Shown here one piece after another: positions 36,677 through 48,760 of a DNA stretch of 64,000 nt. The notes beneath the pieces were generated by a model. It was given only the letters and a program-made list of their open reading frames with translations. It was not told the DNA's origin and made no database searches. Numbering within the stretch: the first letter of the stretch is position 1; every line of letters begins with the position of its first letter. Made by a program: the position numbers and the translations under genes. The stretch is from Microbotryum violaceum. Taxonomy: Eukaryota. The stretch spans positions 2,247,591 through 2,311,590 of the forward strand of contig LN717261.1 in assembly GCA_001244265.2 (NCBI GenBank), read 5' to 3'.

Positions 36677-38062
36677 TTATACTTTCCCTTCCTCGACGAC
36701 CTTATTAATCGAACTACCAATACCCCCACTCACTTCGACCTTAAAACTCGAACCATGAACCAGAATTTCTTTAGGTTCATAGAAGAAACCTATACCACTT
36801 GGCGTTCCGGTGAGGATGATCGTACCAGCTTTGAGAGTCGTACCGCGTGAGAGGAAGGCTATGATTTTAGGGATCGAGAAGCTGAGATCACTGATTTTTT
36901 TTTTGAAGTGAGCGTAGGGGTTAGTAAGGAGAGAGATTGTGAGATTTTTTGGGTCTTTTGTTGGAAAAAAAATGTGCGTACTTACTTGAGAGGACTATCT
37001 TGTAGCGTCTTGGTTTGAACATTGGGGTTCGTCTTGTGACCTTTGTTGAAGAGTTTGCTAGGCCCGGGATCGAAGACGTCGAAACGATCACGGGGCCTGG
37101 AGGTAGAATGAGAATGTAAGGTAGGAGTTTGAAAAAAAAGTTCCATGAATTTCGGTATAGTCTCGTGTCATTTGCTGACGAACCAATGGGGCATGCCGTA
37201 TCGAATCCTTTCGAGAAGCACCATTGAGATTGTTCGAATTGCACCTGCCAGAGTCGGTCGAACAAATACAATCAGTCGCCCCCAAAAAGTGGACGATCCT
37301 CGTTCTTACTCACCTTTCTGGACGAAACATCATTCCCCGTCGTATATCCCAATACATAATCCAAAGCCTCCTCCTCTTTAACATCTTTACAATCTTTACC
37401 TATTACTACGACCAATTCAGATTCGTAATCTGCCGCTTCGTCGTCGATGACGGAATGTGGGATGATGATTTTAGAAGGGTGAGAACCGGTTAGGGAGGTC
37501 GAGGGTTTGAGGAATAGGATGGGGACGGTAGGGATGGGGAGAGAGGCTTCTTTGGCGTGCTTGCGGTAGTTGAGGCCGCTGCAGTGTCGAGTCAGGTGGG
37601 GAGGAAAGGGAGATGATTGAGGAGGTTAGGAACAGAAGCGAACTTTCTATCATCAGGTTCAGCGAGACTTGGGGGATCGACGGAGCGGTAGTACAGAACG
37701 TTGAGAAGAAACTTAGTGACTGACATGCCTCGAATGGTGCCCACCTCCTCCTGACCCAACGGACTTAACAACTCGCCAATCTCCACCTCTTCCCCTGTAG
37801 CTTGACCAGCATTCAACACCGAATTACCGGTATACAACTTGACTTTGACGGTTTCTTTGGCTTCGTAAATCGCTCGACCGATATCGAGAGCTGCGTCGAC
37901 GGGTTCACCGATCACCGGTGAGGAGGATCCATGTGGGGACTCGGAGGGAATGAATCGAACGAGACGGGACCATTGAGAGGTGGGGGTGGTGGTCATGGTG
38001 CGTTTACGGAGAGCAGAAAAGGTAAACGGGAGCTGTCTCAGAGGGGTAGGGCTGAAGACCAT
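36677..38062 (-). CDS. Fumarylacetoacetate hydrolase family protein (FAHD/FMP41-like); apparent 1-nt frameshift near 37062
   Basis: Motifs: WSRLVRF; GLNYRKHAKE; LFLKP; DYESELVVIIGK; NDVSSR; QWCFSKGFDTACPIGP; GTTLKAGTIILTGTPSG. The upstream extension resembles a mitochondrial presequence; there is an alternative ATG at 37996. Confidence 0.88.
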
Positions 38063-38250
38063 GAAAGAGGGATGAGGGAAGAGAGAGGGATAAATCGAGG
38101 ACAGAACTGGCGGCAGAGTCGGATTGCGGAGCTCCCGGGCCGGAGCACGATGGTCTCAACAGCGTGGCTCGCGAACTTTCACCTCCTTTCGCGTCTCGGA
38201 GTCCGATCCAGGCCCCTAACGGCGACTTGACTCTCTGAAACTCTCCAAAG

Positions 38251-40187
38251 ATGCGGCTTCACACTTTACCGGTCTCACTCATCGCTCTCCTGCACCTCTG
38301 CATCGGAGCTTCATGTTCGTCGTCAACTGACACGTCGAACGCGACCCATCCACCGTTGTTCGTTGCCCCGAATCCTCGACTAAAGACATATCACACCGCC
38401 CTATCGACACTGCTTCCGATCCTCCCCATCCTCGCACCTCCGCCAACACATACGCTTCTGGTGACCTTGGCGACCTCAGCTTTCAAACCCTTGCTGTACA
38501 ACTACCTCTGTTTCCTCCGCTACAGAGCCAAGTGGGGGACGACCTCGCCAACGCACGAGCAATCCAGCGGAAACGAGACCGAGTCCAACGACCGATGGTC
38601 CTTCATACGACGCAAACATGTCTACGAGGATACGCAGAAAATCCTCATCGTCACTTCGGATCAAGCGCTCGCGGAGGAATTGAGCGAATTCGGCATCGTC
38701 GTTTGGTATTTGGATGCGATTGATTGGGATTCAACGGAGGCGCAGGAGTACATCGATGAGACGTTGGAGGATGAGAAGCTCAGGAAGGAGTTTGAAAGAA
38801 TTATAAGGGATGATCTGTTCGCTACTGTGAGGATGATGGATCTCTTGTTGCCGCCGACGAGGAGCGAGTCCAATTCACGGTCGGCGATAAGACAGATTCG
38901 ACCGAGTGTGAAGGGTTTCGGCACCAAGATGTTGGAATGGGGGTCATTGCATTACCAGTCATTGATGCTCGAACGGACACTCGTCATGTCGACACTGGTT
39001 GGAGCATTGGTGGAGGCGCAACAAGTTGACACGAGGTGGAGGGTGCAGCAAGAGCGGGGGTGGAAGGACAAGTGGGAGTATCATGACTGGGATAACGAAC
39101 CGCCGTTGATCGAAGAGCCCTTTGTGGGTGTCAAAGGCGTTTTGCTAGCTGATAATGATGCAGTCTGGTAAGTGCATATATAAAGTCGCTCTCTCGCTTG
39201 ATGACACAGCAGTGCTGACTCCTTCGATCTTCTATTCCCAGGCTCTCCAACCCAGCCTCATTCTTCGCCCATCACTACCGACCCCAGGGCTCGCACCCCT
39301 CTTTTGTCGTCGCATCCGACACCGATCCCTACTCACCCCATCTCAGCCAATACGGTCTATCCTACACCCCTTGCGCATGCTTCATCTACTCTCGAACCAG
39401 CGATGCCGAAGCCCCTTCGGCTTCTCCGAATCCCCTCCCCGAAGCAAAGGAATATTACAGCCCTTCAACTGGAGCAGCAACAGGTTGGCGATTCACAGCG
39501 ATCTGTCATATCGCGATGATTCTTCGATCTATCGAAGACGGTCTCGCACAACTAATTGGAGCGGATAATGCGGAATTGGACGTCGAAGGTAAAGCGAGGT
39601 TATCAACTCTACGTCGAGCGATCGCCCCTTCTTTTCAAGGGACCTCGTTGGGTCCGGCGATGTTCTTGGCTGAAGATGAGGATCCGGTATTACCCGTCCT
39701 TACGCATGAGGAATGGATGGAAACCCTTGGATCGTTCGACGAGTCCAAAATTATTGGCTTACTCAAGGAAGCTGGACTGGGAGGCGCTTTGAGGGACCTC
39801 ATCAATGACCCGGAAGCTTACGCTAACAATGCTCGGGATCGTCGGAAGATGTGTGAAGATTTGGCGATCAGCAAATCCAAACGGACGACCTGTCCGAATC
39901 CCATACCAGAGATGGATAGAACCTCGTTGACGATTCCTGCTCAGAATGGGAGGGCCTTCCATCGGGGTATCAAGACCGAGGTCTTGCCTTACGACATCTT
40001 CCCGCCAGGGATGCGATACTTTGATGGTGGTCTGGCAAGTGGGGAGAGGCCTTGCGTCGTTCATGCGAATTATGCGACGGGAAAGACGAAGACGGAGCTT
40101 CTGAAGAGGGAAAAGCTGTGGGCTTTGGTGCAGGATGAGCGGGGGCAGTATAGATGCGATGCTGAGGTTATGGATAGAGCCAAGTAG
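38251..40187 (+). CDS. Secreted or Golgi nucleotide-diphospho-sugar transferase (GT77-like), 2 exons
   Basis: Hydrophobic N-terminus, DxD motif LADNDAVW at the intron, and C-terminal LPYDIFPPG..YF and VVHANY. The frame is continuous after the GTAAGT..CAG intron. Confidence 0.72.
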
Positions 40188-40343
40188 AGCGTGGAATGTC
40201 CAGATGAGACTTAAACGAGGGAAAGGGCGCATAATAGTTGAATCGTAACGATTGCAGGACATGAAATGATGGAGGGAGGAAATCCCCTTAAAAGGAGGCC
40301 AAGGGTATATTTTTGCATCAGTCTTGTATTCAAGAGCGGTTAC

Positions 40344-42215
40344 TCAGTTGTTGGCGACTCCGATGATGCCGAAGTCGTGCCCACCCGTTGAGGACGATGG
40401 CAGGATTTCGCACGTCAACAGATGTTCTCCAAACTCGATCGGATCCACCACAGTAGTCCAAGAGCTTCCCGCCGCTTCCCCAGACTTGTGCACATCGACA
40501 ATCACCCCGCTCTGCACCTTATCGTCGACCCAACACCTCGCCTGACCAGGTTTGACAGCATTTCCAGCGCTATTCGTCGCCCAGACGAAGAGGCCTAGTC
40601 GAGCACCGGTGAATTTGAAGGAGAGGATGGCGCCGACTTCGGAAGAGGTCCGGGCTTGTTGTCCATTCCATTCTTCTTTGCGCCACTTCTCGAACCCGGC
40701 GTGGTCGGTGGGCACCAGAGGATCTGCTTCCGAGGCGAGGAACTTGCATGTGAGTAGGATTGGATCGGCGACCTTATCAGCCGAGAACTGTGAGCATGAA
40801 CGAATAGCGTTAGCTACTGATATCAGTAGATGCTTTATTCCGATCGATCTTACGGGTTCCCATAGGTGCAGGCGGGGAATGTGGCCCAGGCTATCCTCTT
40901 TTGGCCAAATCGTCTCGGACAGATCAGGAGTCTCGAGATACTGTTAAAGCGACAAGACGGAACGCGGATGCCGATGACGGGGACGTCGAAGAAAGCCGAG
41001 GTGCCGACATTGGAGACGAAACCGCGCAGCAATTCGTTGAACCACAGCGCAAAGACGGACACTCGGATCACCACGGGTTCTTGTGCAAGTCCAAGGAGGC
41101 CACGGTAGAGTTGATCATCGGCAATTAATCTTCCGGGCACCCGGAAGCAGTATGACGTGTATTGAGGTCAGTCTAGATGATGACGTGTCAGGTTACAGAG
41201 CAGCCATCTTACGGGTCATTGTTATCGAGCTCGATCATGTACAGGTCCAGGTCCCTCGGAAGGACGGAGTCGAAGCAAAATGCAAAGAATTTACCTAACG
41301 GAAGGAGATCAAACCTTCGTCAAATTAGCTGCTGCCTAGACTCCAGATGTGCGCCTAATGAAACTTGCCACTCACTATTCATTCCCGCCTTCGCTCCGAC
41401 ATGCACCTTGATATTGGGAAAATCGACTTTCAACTGCTCTGCCATCCTCTCATGCCAGCTAGGTCCCTTGCTAAGACCATGTCCAGCCGTCACACTGGCA
41501 CCTATGACTTCGATTGCCGAATATTGTCGATACCGTATACACAGAGGGAGTTGTGCGGGTCGACGATACAGAGTTCGCATGACAGAGTCGCTCGATTGGC
41601 CCCGGAAAATACCCGAGTCAAAGACGTGAGGAAAGCATCGGTCGAGCCGATGGTCGAAGTGACTCCGGCCCAGGCGTGTTTCGGAGATGTCTTTAAGAGC
41701 GACGCCCACGCTTGAGCTAGGAGTTCACGTTGCCTTTGCAACATATTGTCGTTCGATGAAAGCGAGTTCGTCGCAAGCGTTGATGTCGAGTTGCTCAAAT
41801 ATTCATTCATACCGTTCATTCCCGGATCGTCGACGCCTCTTTTCTGGAAGTGTGAAGTCAAGACGAGCATGCTGAAGACGATGACCGGCACCAGGAACAG
41901 GAACACTCTGCGTTGAGCGCCAAGGCTTGCGGCCCTCCTCGTCCGAGCGATTCGAGGCGAGGAATGCCCCAACAGTGGTGTCCGACTGCCGCAGTTATTC
42001 CCATCATCCTCAAATGGTCGTATTCTTCCTCTAGAGCTCGTTGTAACCCCGACAGATCTTGTCACTGCTGCTGGTAGGCGGGCCAAAGTCGAAAAGAGAC
42101 GAGACTTGGCGGTAGAGTTGGTCGCAGAGGAGATTCGACAATGATGCTGGAGTTCGCTCGTCTTTTCGTTCGCTGCGAGCGTATTTCGAGGGGTTGATGC
42201 TGGCGAAAGAACCAT
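40344..42215 (-). CDS. CAP64/CAS3-like SGNH-fold type II membrane protein
   Basis: Transmembrane segment VFLFLVPVIVFSMLVL; VIGASVTAGHG; AKAGMNS; FFAFCF; IELDNND; C-terminal HLLTCEIL..SSTGGHDFGII. The start is uncertain. Confidence 0.68.
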
Positions 42216-42516
42216 GGGTACGGAAAGCGTACGATTCTTCCAGAACTTAATGCTGAGCCAACTGCTTCACAATTTACTGTATGTTCGAGGTTCCGGAGTT
42301 CGGGCGGATAGCGAGCCTGGGTTTGCCGCGAAAAGTCGACCCTGCAGGACCATCGGAGATGCTGTCGAGGATTCTGTACCAGCTGGGGTGGTTGAGTTGG
42401 AATGTGCTTAGTCCTTTGGCTAGACGTGAGAGCAGTGCAAGGCGAGGAACAAGCCACCACGAACTGGCCACCACGAACTGGAAGTGATGGAGGAGTGTGA
42501 GGAGGGTTCCACTACT

Positions 42517-42656
42517 CGCTTAAGACTCCTCGCGCGCTTTGTTTGCATACGCAAAGCGGTCCGTAAGCGCTCTTATGCGCGCAGGCGTCCTTATGCGCAT
42601 CTTATGCACCGTTAAGCGCTGTTAAGCGCGCGTAATCTCGGGCGAATCCTTAAGCG
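42517..42656. repeat. 140-bp patch with about 8 TTA(A/T)GCG motifs, bounded by inverted CGCTTAAG...CTTAAGCG; MITE-like
   Basis: Motifs are seen directly near 42517, 42563, 42573, 42590, 42601, 42612, 42622 and 42650. Confidence 0.55.
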
Positions 42657-43424
42657 GGTTCGCGCGCGTGGCCATTTTGCTGATGTCTGCTCAGGACGCG
42701 AAGCAAGGAGGCGATGCTATAGACCACAGAAACCTAAACCGTGGGCAATAATGTTTACAAACTGGCTCAACTCTCTCAAGTTGAGCGGTAGCCCTTTTCC
42801 ACGCTAGTTCTTTCTCAAATCCTGTTCAGTCGAGTCGGATGTGACCGACTCTTGTCAGGTGGCGCCGGACAGGCTTCTCCGAACTTCGGCGAGAGCAAAA
42901 CCTGCACGATCACTCGACGTCGCCGCTGGGTATTTATGTAGCGAAACTCTTATTGCATGAGTGTGGCTTCACAACTACAACAGAGCAGGATAAGTCAGCT
43001 ACAGCTTGCAGACACCCCAAGAGCAAGTAGCCCGTATGTTCAACAAGAAGTTACCGACTCCTACATCCCGACACCCCTGAGAAGGTCTACGCCTTCGATA
43101 AATTGTGTGTATTCGTCTTGTGCAACTGAATTCAACTTATGTTCAAGAGAGATACTTCTATGTCCAGTCATGTTCACTGGACGGCTGTGCAGATCCCAAG
43201 ATTACAATGGACTGCAAGCTCAACTCTCGTCATGTCTCGCTGCATTCTTCAGCTAGTAGGCAAGTTAGGGATTGTGATTTCGACAGCATGTACATGAGAG
43301 GTCTGCACACATCAGGTATAGTGGACAGGCGAATGGGGAAAGAAAAAAGGAACAAGTGACAACAGAGACCAACTTTCGAATGCGTGTTGTGTTAAGATGT
43401 ACGACCTTGAATGGGCGAAATAGA

Positions 43425-46400
43425 TCAAGAAGGTGTCATTTTGGACAGGTTCGAAGTCGGGCGTTGATTGGGGCTGTTGAGCGAACTGTTCGAATGACTC
43501 GCGAGATGACCCAAGACGTATCCCGCACTCCTAGGTGAGGCCTTATCATTCGAAGAATCAAAACCCGTCGGCATGGCTCCTGTCACAGGCGTTGAAGGAC
43601 TAGAGGTCCCATCCAAACCCAGACTAGGCGAATCGCCTCCCGTTCCTCCAGGAGTTGAGGAGCTCGACTTGGATCGACCGCTGCCGTTGAGGTTTTGGGC
43701 GCGTTTGCGTTCGATCAGTTTCTTGATCCAGTCCTTGGTGAAAGCTTTGACTTTGCTCATTTTTTCGGGGGTGAGCGAGTCGTACGGTTCTTTGTTGTAC
43801 GAAGGGTGCTTCTTTTCCTTTTCACAAAGGAGGATGGTGACCTGATAGAAAGCAAATGTCAGGTCAGTGAGCCGAGACGACGTGCCGAGAGGGCACAGCT
43901 AGCACGATACTTACCTCCTTGGCGCGCTTCTTGAATTGATCCGGATCCAAAGCCCCCTTGTACTTGCTCATCACCTGAACAACCACACCCGAGAACAACG
44001 CCATCACCTTCTTATCCTTGGCACTGTCCGAGCCATGCCCATACCCATGTCCATTGACGTTGGAAGAAGACGTCGATCTCGAAAGGGAAGACGAAGACCG
44101 CATTTTGAGTTGTTCCAATTCGGCTTGTTTGAGTTCGAGTTCGCGTTTGAGGCGTTCTTTCTCCTCTCGTACTGCGACGGCTTCGGCTTCCCTTTGGACT
44201 TGGGCAATAATTTCGTTCACATCAATCGCTTTCATCTTGGTCGTGATGGGGGTGTGGACCGTCTCGGCCGAGGGACGATAAAAGGTCGAGGAGGATGATG
44301 GAGCGGGGTCGATGAGATGTTTCGTCGGTAAAGTCCACTGCACCTCCCTCGTCAAAGTGTTCTCGTAATACGGATCCCCAGAGTTCTTGTCAATATGCTT
44401 TTTCCATCCTCTTGGAAGCGTCGAAGAAGAAGTAGGAGGCGTTGGAGCGACCGTCACGGTAGCGGAAGGTTTGACCCATGCCGGTCTTCGAGGTGTGTCG
44501 AGATCGTAGGTTTTGGCTTCCTCTTCCGCTCGTGCTCGTTTGGTGATTTGGTCAATCGAGTACTCCCCACCTAGATATCTCTTCCTTTCGTTCAAAGCCG
44601 TCGAAGTACCCCCATCCCCTTGCGCACCATTCGGAATCGATGGATCCGCCTCCGCACCGCCATTGGCGCTCGTCGTCGATTCAGTTCGTACAGCCCTCGG
44701 TATTCGGTAACCCATCTCCAACGAGTCCCAGTAATCGAGAAGGTTTTGCGCGAGGGTTTGAATGTTCTTATTTTCGACCAAAAGGCACGCCTTGACGCAC
44801 GGTTCAATCTTGGACGACTCGACCTTATTCCTCGTTTTCAACTCCCACTTGGTCAAAATCTCCAAATCCAACGTGATCACTCTCTCGTCCGTAGGGTACT
44901 CTTTCAAGATGTGCGTCATCAAGTTGAAGCCGTGAAGGCGGAGAAGGTCGGAAAGGACTTCGGGGTCGTTGGTCATCTGAATTCGGGTCAAGATCTTTTC
45001 GAGGATACGCCGCGTTTGGATCGATTGACGAACCGCGGCCGATACTTTGGGCACTTCATCAATGTCGATGGGGCGGAGAAGAGGCGGGAAATCTTCATCG
45101 AGTTTCTTGCCCTTCTTTTTCTTGGTTCCTCTTAATCCGAGCGCTTCCACTTCTTCGGCGATACCGAGAGCTGAACGGGCCAAGAGTGTTGACCGTCAGC
45201 TCTGGAACCGACCCATCGAGATGACCAGACGATATCCCAGTACTGACCATCAAGGTACAAATCATCCATCCCGCCAATATCCGTCTGCGTCTTTCCGCCA
45301 ATGAAGCCGACACAATTCGGTTCGCCACAATAACATTCCTGCGCGACATGACCATACCGATCGACGTTATAATTGAACGTCAATTCTTCGTTGGCCTTGA
45401 TGGAACGTTTGGTAAATATTCCCATGCGCATCTTTTTGCCGATGGTCCATTTCGCGACGAAGCAGTTGGGGTTGCACGAGTGATTCAGGAAGCGCCCTTT
45501 GCCGCCTTTTTTGGTCGCGTCGATGAACTGAAAATCGGGCACGTCCAAGCCAGTATTGGCAAAGTGCACTTCCAAAAAAATATGTCCAGTGACTTACAAT
45601 GTCCTTGTCAAGAGCCATAAAGTAAAAATGTTTCACCCCCTCATTCGCATAGTCCTTCATCCTCTTGGCGAACACCGTTGGCCCAATGACCTCGCCTACA
45701 TACTCGTACACGAATGTATCACTTTTATGATGAAAAGAGACGCGTTTCAGCTTCCATCGCGTCGTGGGCCGATTCATAATTCATTTCTCATCACTCACGT
45801 CGTCATGTCCTGCGTTGCACGAACGCCGAAACCTTTCCTCTCCGTTTTGACGATCTCAATTTTGGCGTATTCCTTCTTTTGGAATCTAGTGGCTCACGCC
45901 AAAACAAAGATTGGCAAATCAATGCCCCGACGAAAGCCGAACTGCCTCATTTTACAGACGCACCTTTGGTTCTGACAGCGTTGACCGCATCGACAATCGC
46001 CCGCGACGCATTCGATCTGCATCAACCGATTGACGCATTGAGATTCCTCACCGCACGCTTGCTCGAGAACGGGGAAGCCTGCCCCGAGCAATTCAAAAAG
46101 TGAGTCTAGAACATCAGCATTCATGGACTTTGAGTATGGTAAAGAGGGATATGCTGCATGGACTGACCAGCCGTGTAGGAGCATTCGCACCGGGTCAAAT
46201 CTTCGTCAAAGTAGGCGAGATTACCCAGAGACTTGTTGGCGTACGTGCAATCGGTAATTTCGGTATAGGATCTTCCGGCCTAAGACGAGAACCAGTGGGG
46301 GTGGGATGGTCAGTTCTTGAGCCGCCAGGGAGACCGGACCGCGGCGTTCGGACCATACATGAGCGTGCGTAGGGTTCGTAAACGTACCTGATCTTCCGCG

Positions 46401-46921
46401 CGGGGTAAATCCTTTATCAATTGAGGTTCGGACACGACCTGCACCTTTTTCGTCTTTTTGGCCGGCCTTCGCATCGGCTTGACCTCTTCTTCTTCTTCTT
46501 CAGTGTCCTCCTCCTCCTTTTCGTTTACCTGATCCAGTTCTACTTTAACAATAGGTTTGTTCTCCCCACCCCCATCCTCGTCACTCGTTTCGTTCCCTTG
46601 GTCCATATCGACTGAGCCATTTCCGTCTCCTTCTTTGGGGTCGGAAGAGGAAGCGAGGGATGCGGATCCGGATCGGGATCTCGGTCGAGTGTTGATGCGT
46701 GGCGGCGCACGTTCGAGCGGTGTATTGGCCAACGCGGAAGTGGAAGCTACAGGTGTGATCGACATGGACTCGTCGACTACGGGGTTGGACAGGGAGCTGG
46801 AGGATGTCGCTGGTAGGTCGTAGGAGGCCAGGGTCGGCTGAGCGAGCGAGGTGGAAGTTGTCGAGGGAGAAGAATGAGGACGCGCGCTCGTCGAACTGGG
46901 AGCAGCCTGAGCGTCTGCCAT
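43425..46921 (-). CDS. SET2: Histone H3K36 methyltransferase (AWS-SET-postSET, WW and SRI domains)
   Basis: Motifs: [10 protein letters not shown]...[59 protein letters not shown] domain LPRGWK...YYEN...QWTLP; SRI-type [12 protein letters not shown]. Confidence 0.96.
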
Positions 46922-47863
46922 CGGGCGATCGGTCGAGGCGACGGCCGCTCGTTCACCCCGATGAAAATATGGCAAAGGCGTACTTGGAACGAGGTGTAGG
47001 CAGCGACACGGTCGGCCGTGCAACAGCTCGGGACTAGCGAGAGTCGCGTCGGACCTCTGTCAGACCAGGAACCGGGCCCCGAACCCAACGCACATCACAG
47101 ACACAGTCGATCGATCGGATAGAAAAACGGTCAGTAACTCATCTACTACATGTCGCTGCGAGTCATGCCCGGTGCATCGCGTGCTGCAGCCAGGGCAGCT
47201 GCTGAAGATAGCCTCCACTTGGTCCGCCAGCTTTGCCTTCCCGCAGCCTCGACTCACCTGGTACAGTCCCCGCTTGATAGCTGCCTACCTGACTCGGTAG
47301 GATCCACCCGATCTGTCTGCCGAGCCGGGTCGGGATACGAAGGTGGGCGGTTACGGTGAGACCGGGGTCAGACAGACGATGTTGAGTTGGTCGAAAGGTG
47401 GCCGTACAAGAGGCGATCACCCGAGACTGGAACAATACAGTGTCGTATCGCACACCTTTCTCCTTGAACGTCTTTTGAACCGGTGTAGTATGTCCGCTTA
47501 GAGCTAGAGAGACCGGACAGTCCAAATGTGGATCAGGGTCAGCGCTCGCTTCCGAGCGGCGCATACCGTGTACATACCTCTGTCACGTAAGAGCTCAGGA
47601 AGGTCACACCCTCTTGATTTGGTCTTTTGAATTGCGAATAGGGCCCGGTACACGCCAGAAGAGGAGCGGTCGCTGGCGTTTCTCGTCTCGCGATCGGGCG
47701 CAGGCCAAAGTGTGGTTCAGGGCGAAGAATCACAAATACGCCGCCTAACGCTCTAAGCGGAGCGTCGCCCTCCAGGCCAGAAAGTAATCTTTGGGGTTCA
47801 TTTTACGTTTATAGTCATTACAACAACAGAATCTTATCCTTCCTAGTCTTAGACTCCCAACTT

Positions 47864-48543
47864 TTACGCCTCAACAAGTTCCCACGGCATCTTTTGTCGC
47901 CTCCTCTGCATACGCTTCACAATCATGGACAAATCCCCCGAATGAGCGAGCACGTGCACTTGGTATGATGGTGCATCTGTATCCGACAATTGTTTCTTGA
48001 TGGACCCAAATGGGATTGAGGTGATTAGAGCATGCGCCGAGCTGGTGAGAGAGGCCAAGTTTTCGACCCGAGATGAGGGGGAGGTCAGCAAAAAGCTCGC
48101 TCCTCTTTGCCGTATTACTTCTAGTGGGAGCTACTGACCAAGTATCAACCCTCACTATTCCGAGTCGGACATTTCCCTCCACTTCTTCTGGTCCTGCTTC
48201 GGTCGAGGCCCTCAGATCGAGTACGTCGAATTTGGTGGTCGAACCTCCTACGCTACCGTACCATTCGCTCATTGTCTTGAGCATCATCTGGTGCAACGTT
48301 ACCGCGTCCACTGGGGCTGAAGAAGACGAGGTGCTTGAAGACCTTGGAATTCTGGATCAACAGGGGAGGCCGGGTCAATGACCCCGTGAGCGCGCTCGAA
48401 GCGACGGAAGCTGAAGGGACTCACATCTCCAACAGAACGTAATGCCATGGACCAGAGCGGATATCAATCGGGATTCGGGACTGGAGGAAAGTATCCGGTT
48501 TGGGGGTTGATCGAGGTGTTCGCGCCATTGATGCGTCGGCCAT
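47864..48543 (-). CDS. Probable RNase P/MRP subunit (Pop8/Rpp14-like), 3 exons
   Basis: The spliced reading is MADASM...GPWHYVLLE|IIP...VDAVTLHQMM...WYGSVGG...FDVLD...IVRVDT|...VHVLAHSGDL. This fits the Pop8/Rpp14 pattern as recalled. Confidence 0.55.
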
Positions 48544-48760
48544 GGCGGATAACGGCGAACGGCGAGGAAGACGAAAAGAAAGCGAGTCAGCTTACGCGGT
48601 CACGTGCGACGAAACGGCGAGCGCTTTGGCGCACGGACCTCATCACTCAAACTCGACTCGGGGGGGGGGGTTCGCTGTTGAAGCTTCCTCCTTCCCGTCC
48701 CCACAGCGCCTCGGTAATACTTCACTCCCTTCCCGAGCCTCACTAGAAGCCGAAGGAGCC

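Noticed and set aside
47100-47800. Small spliced gene between SET2 and the POP8-like gene
   Set aside because: Splice-like signals exist, but I could not build a convincing protein.
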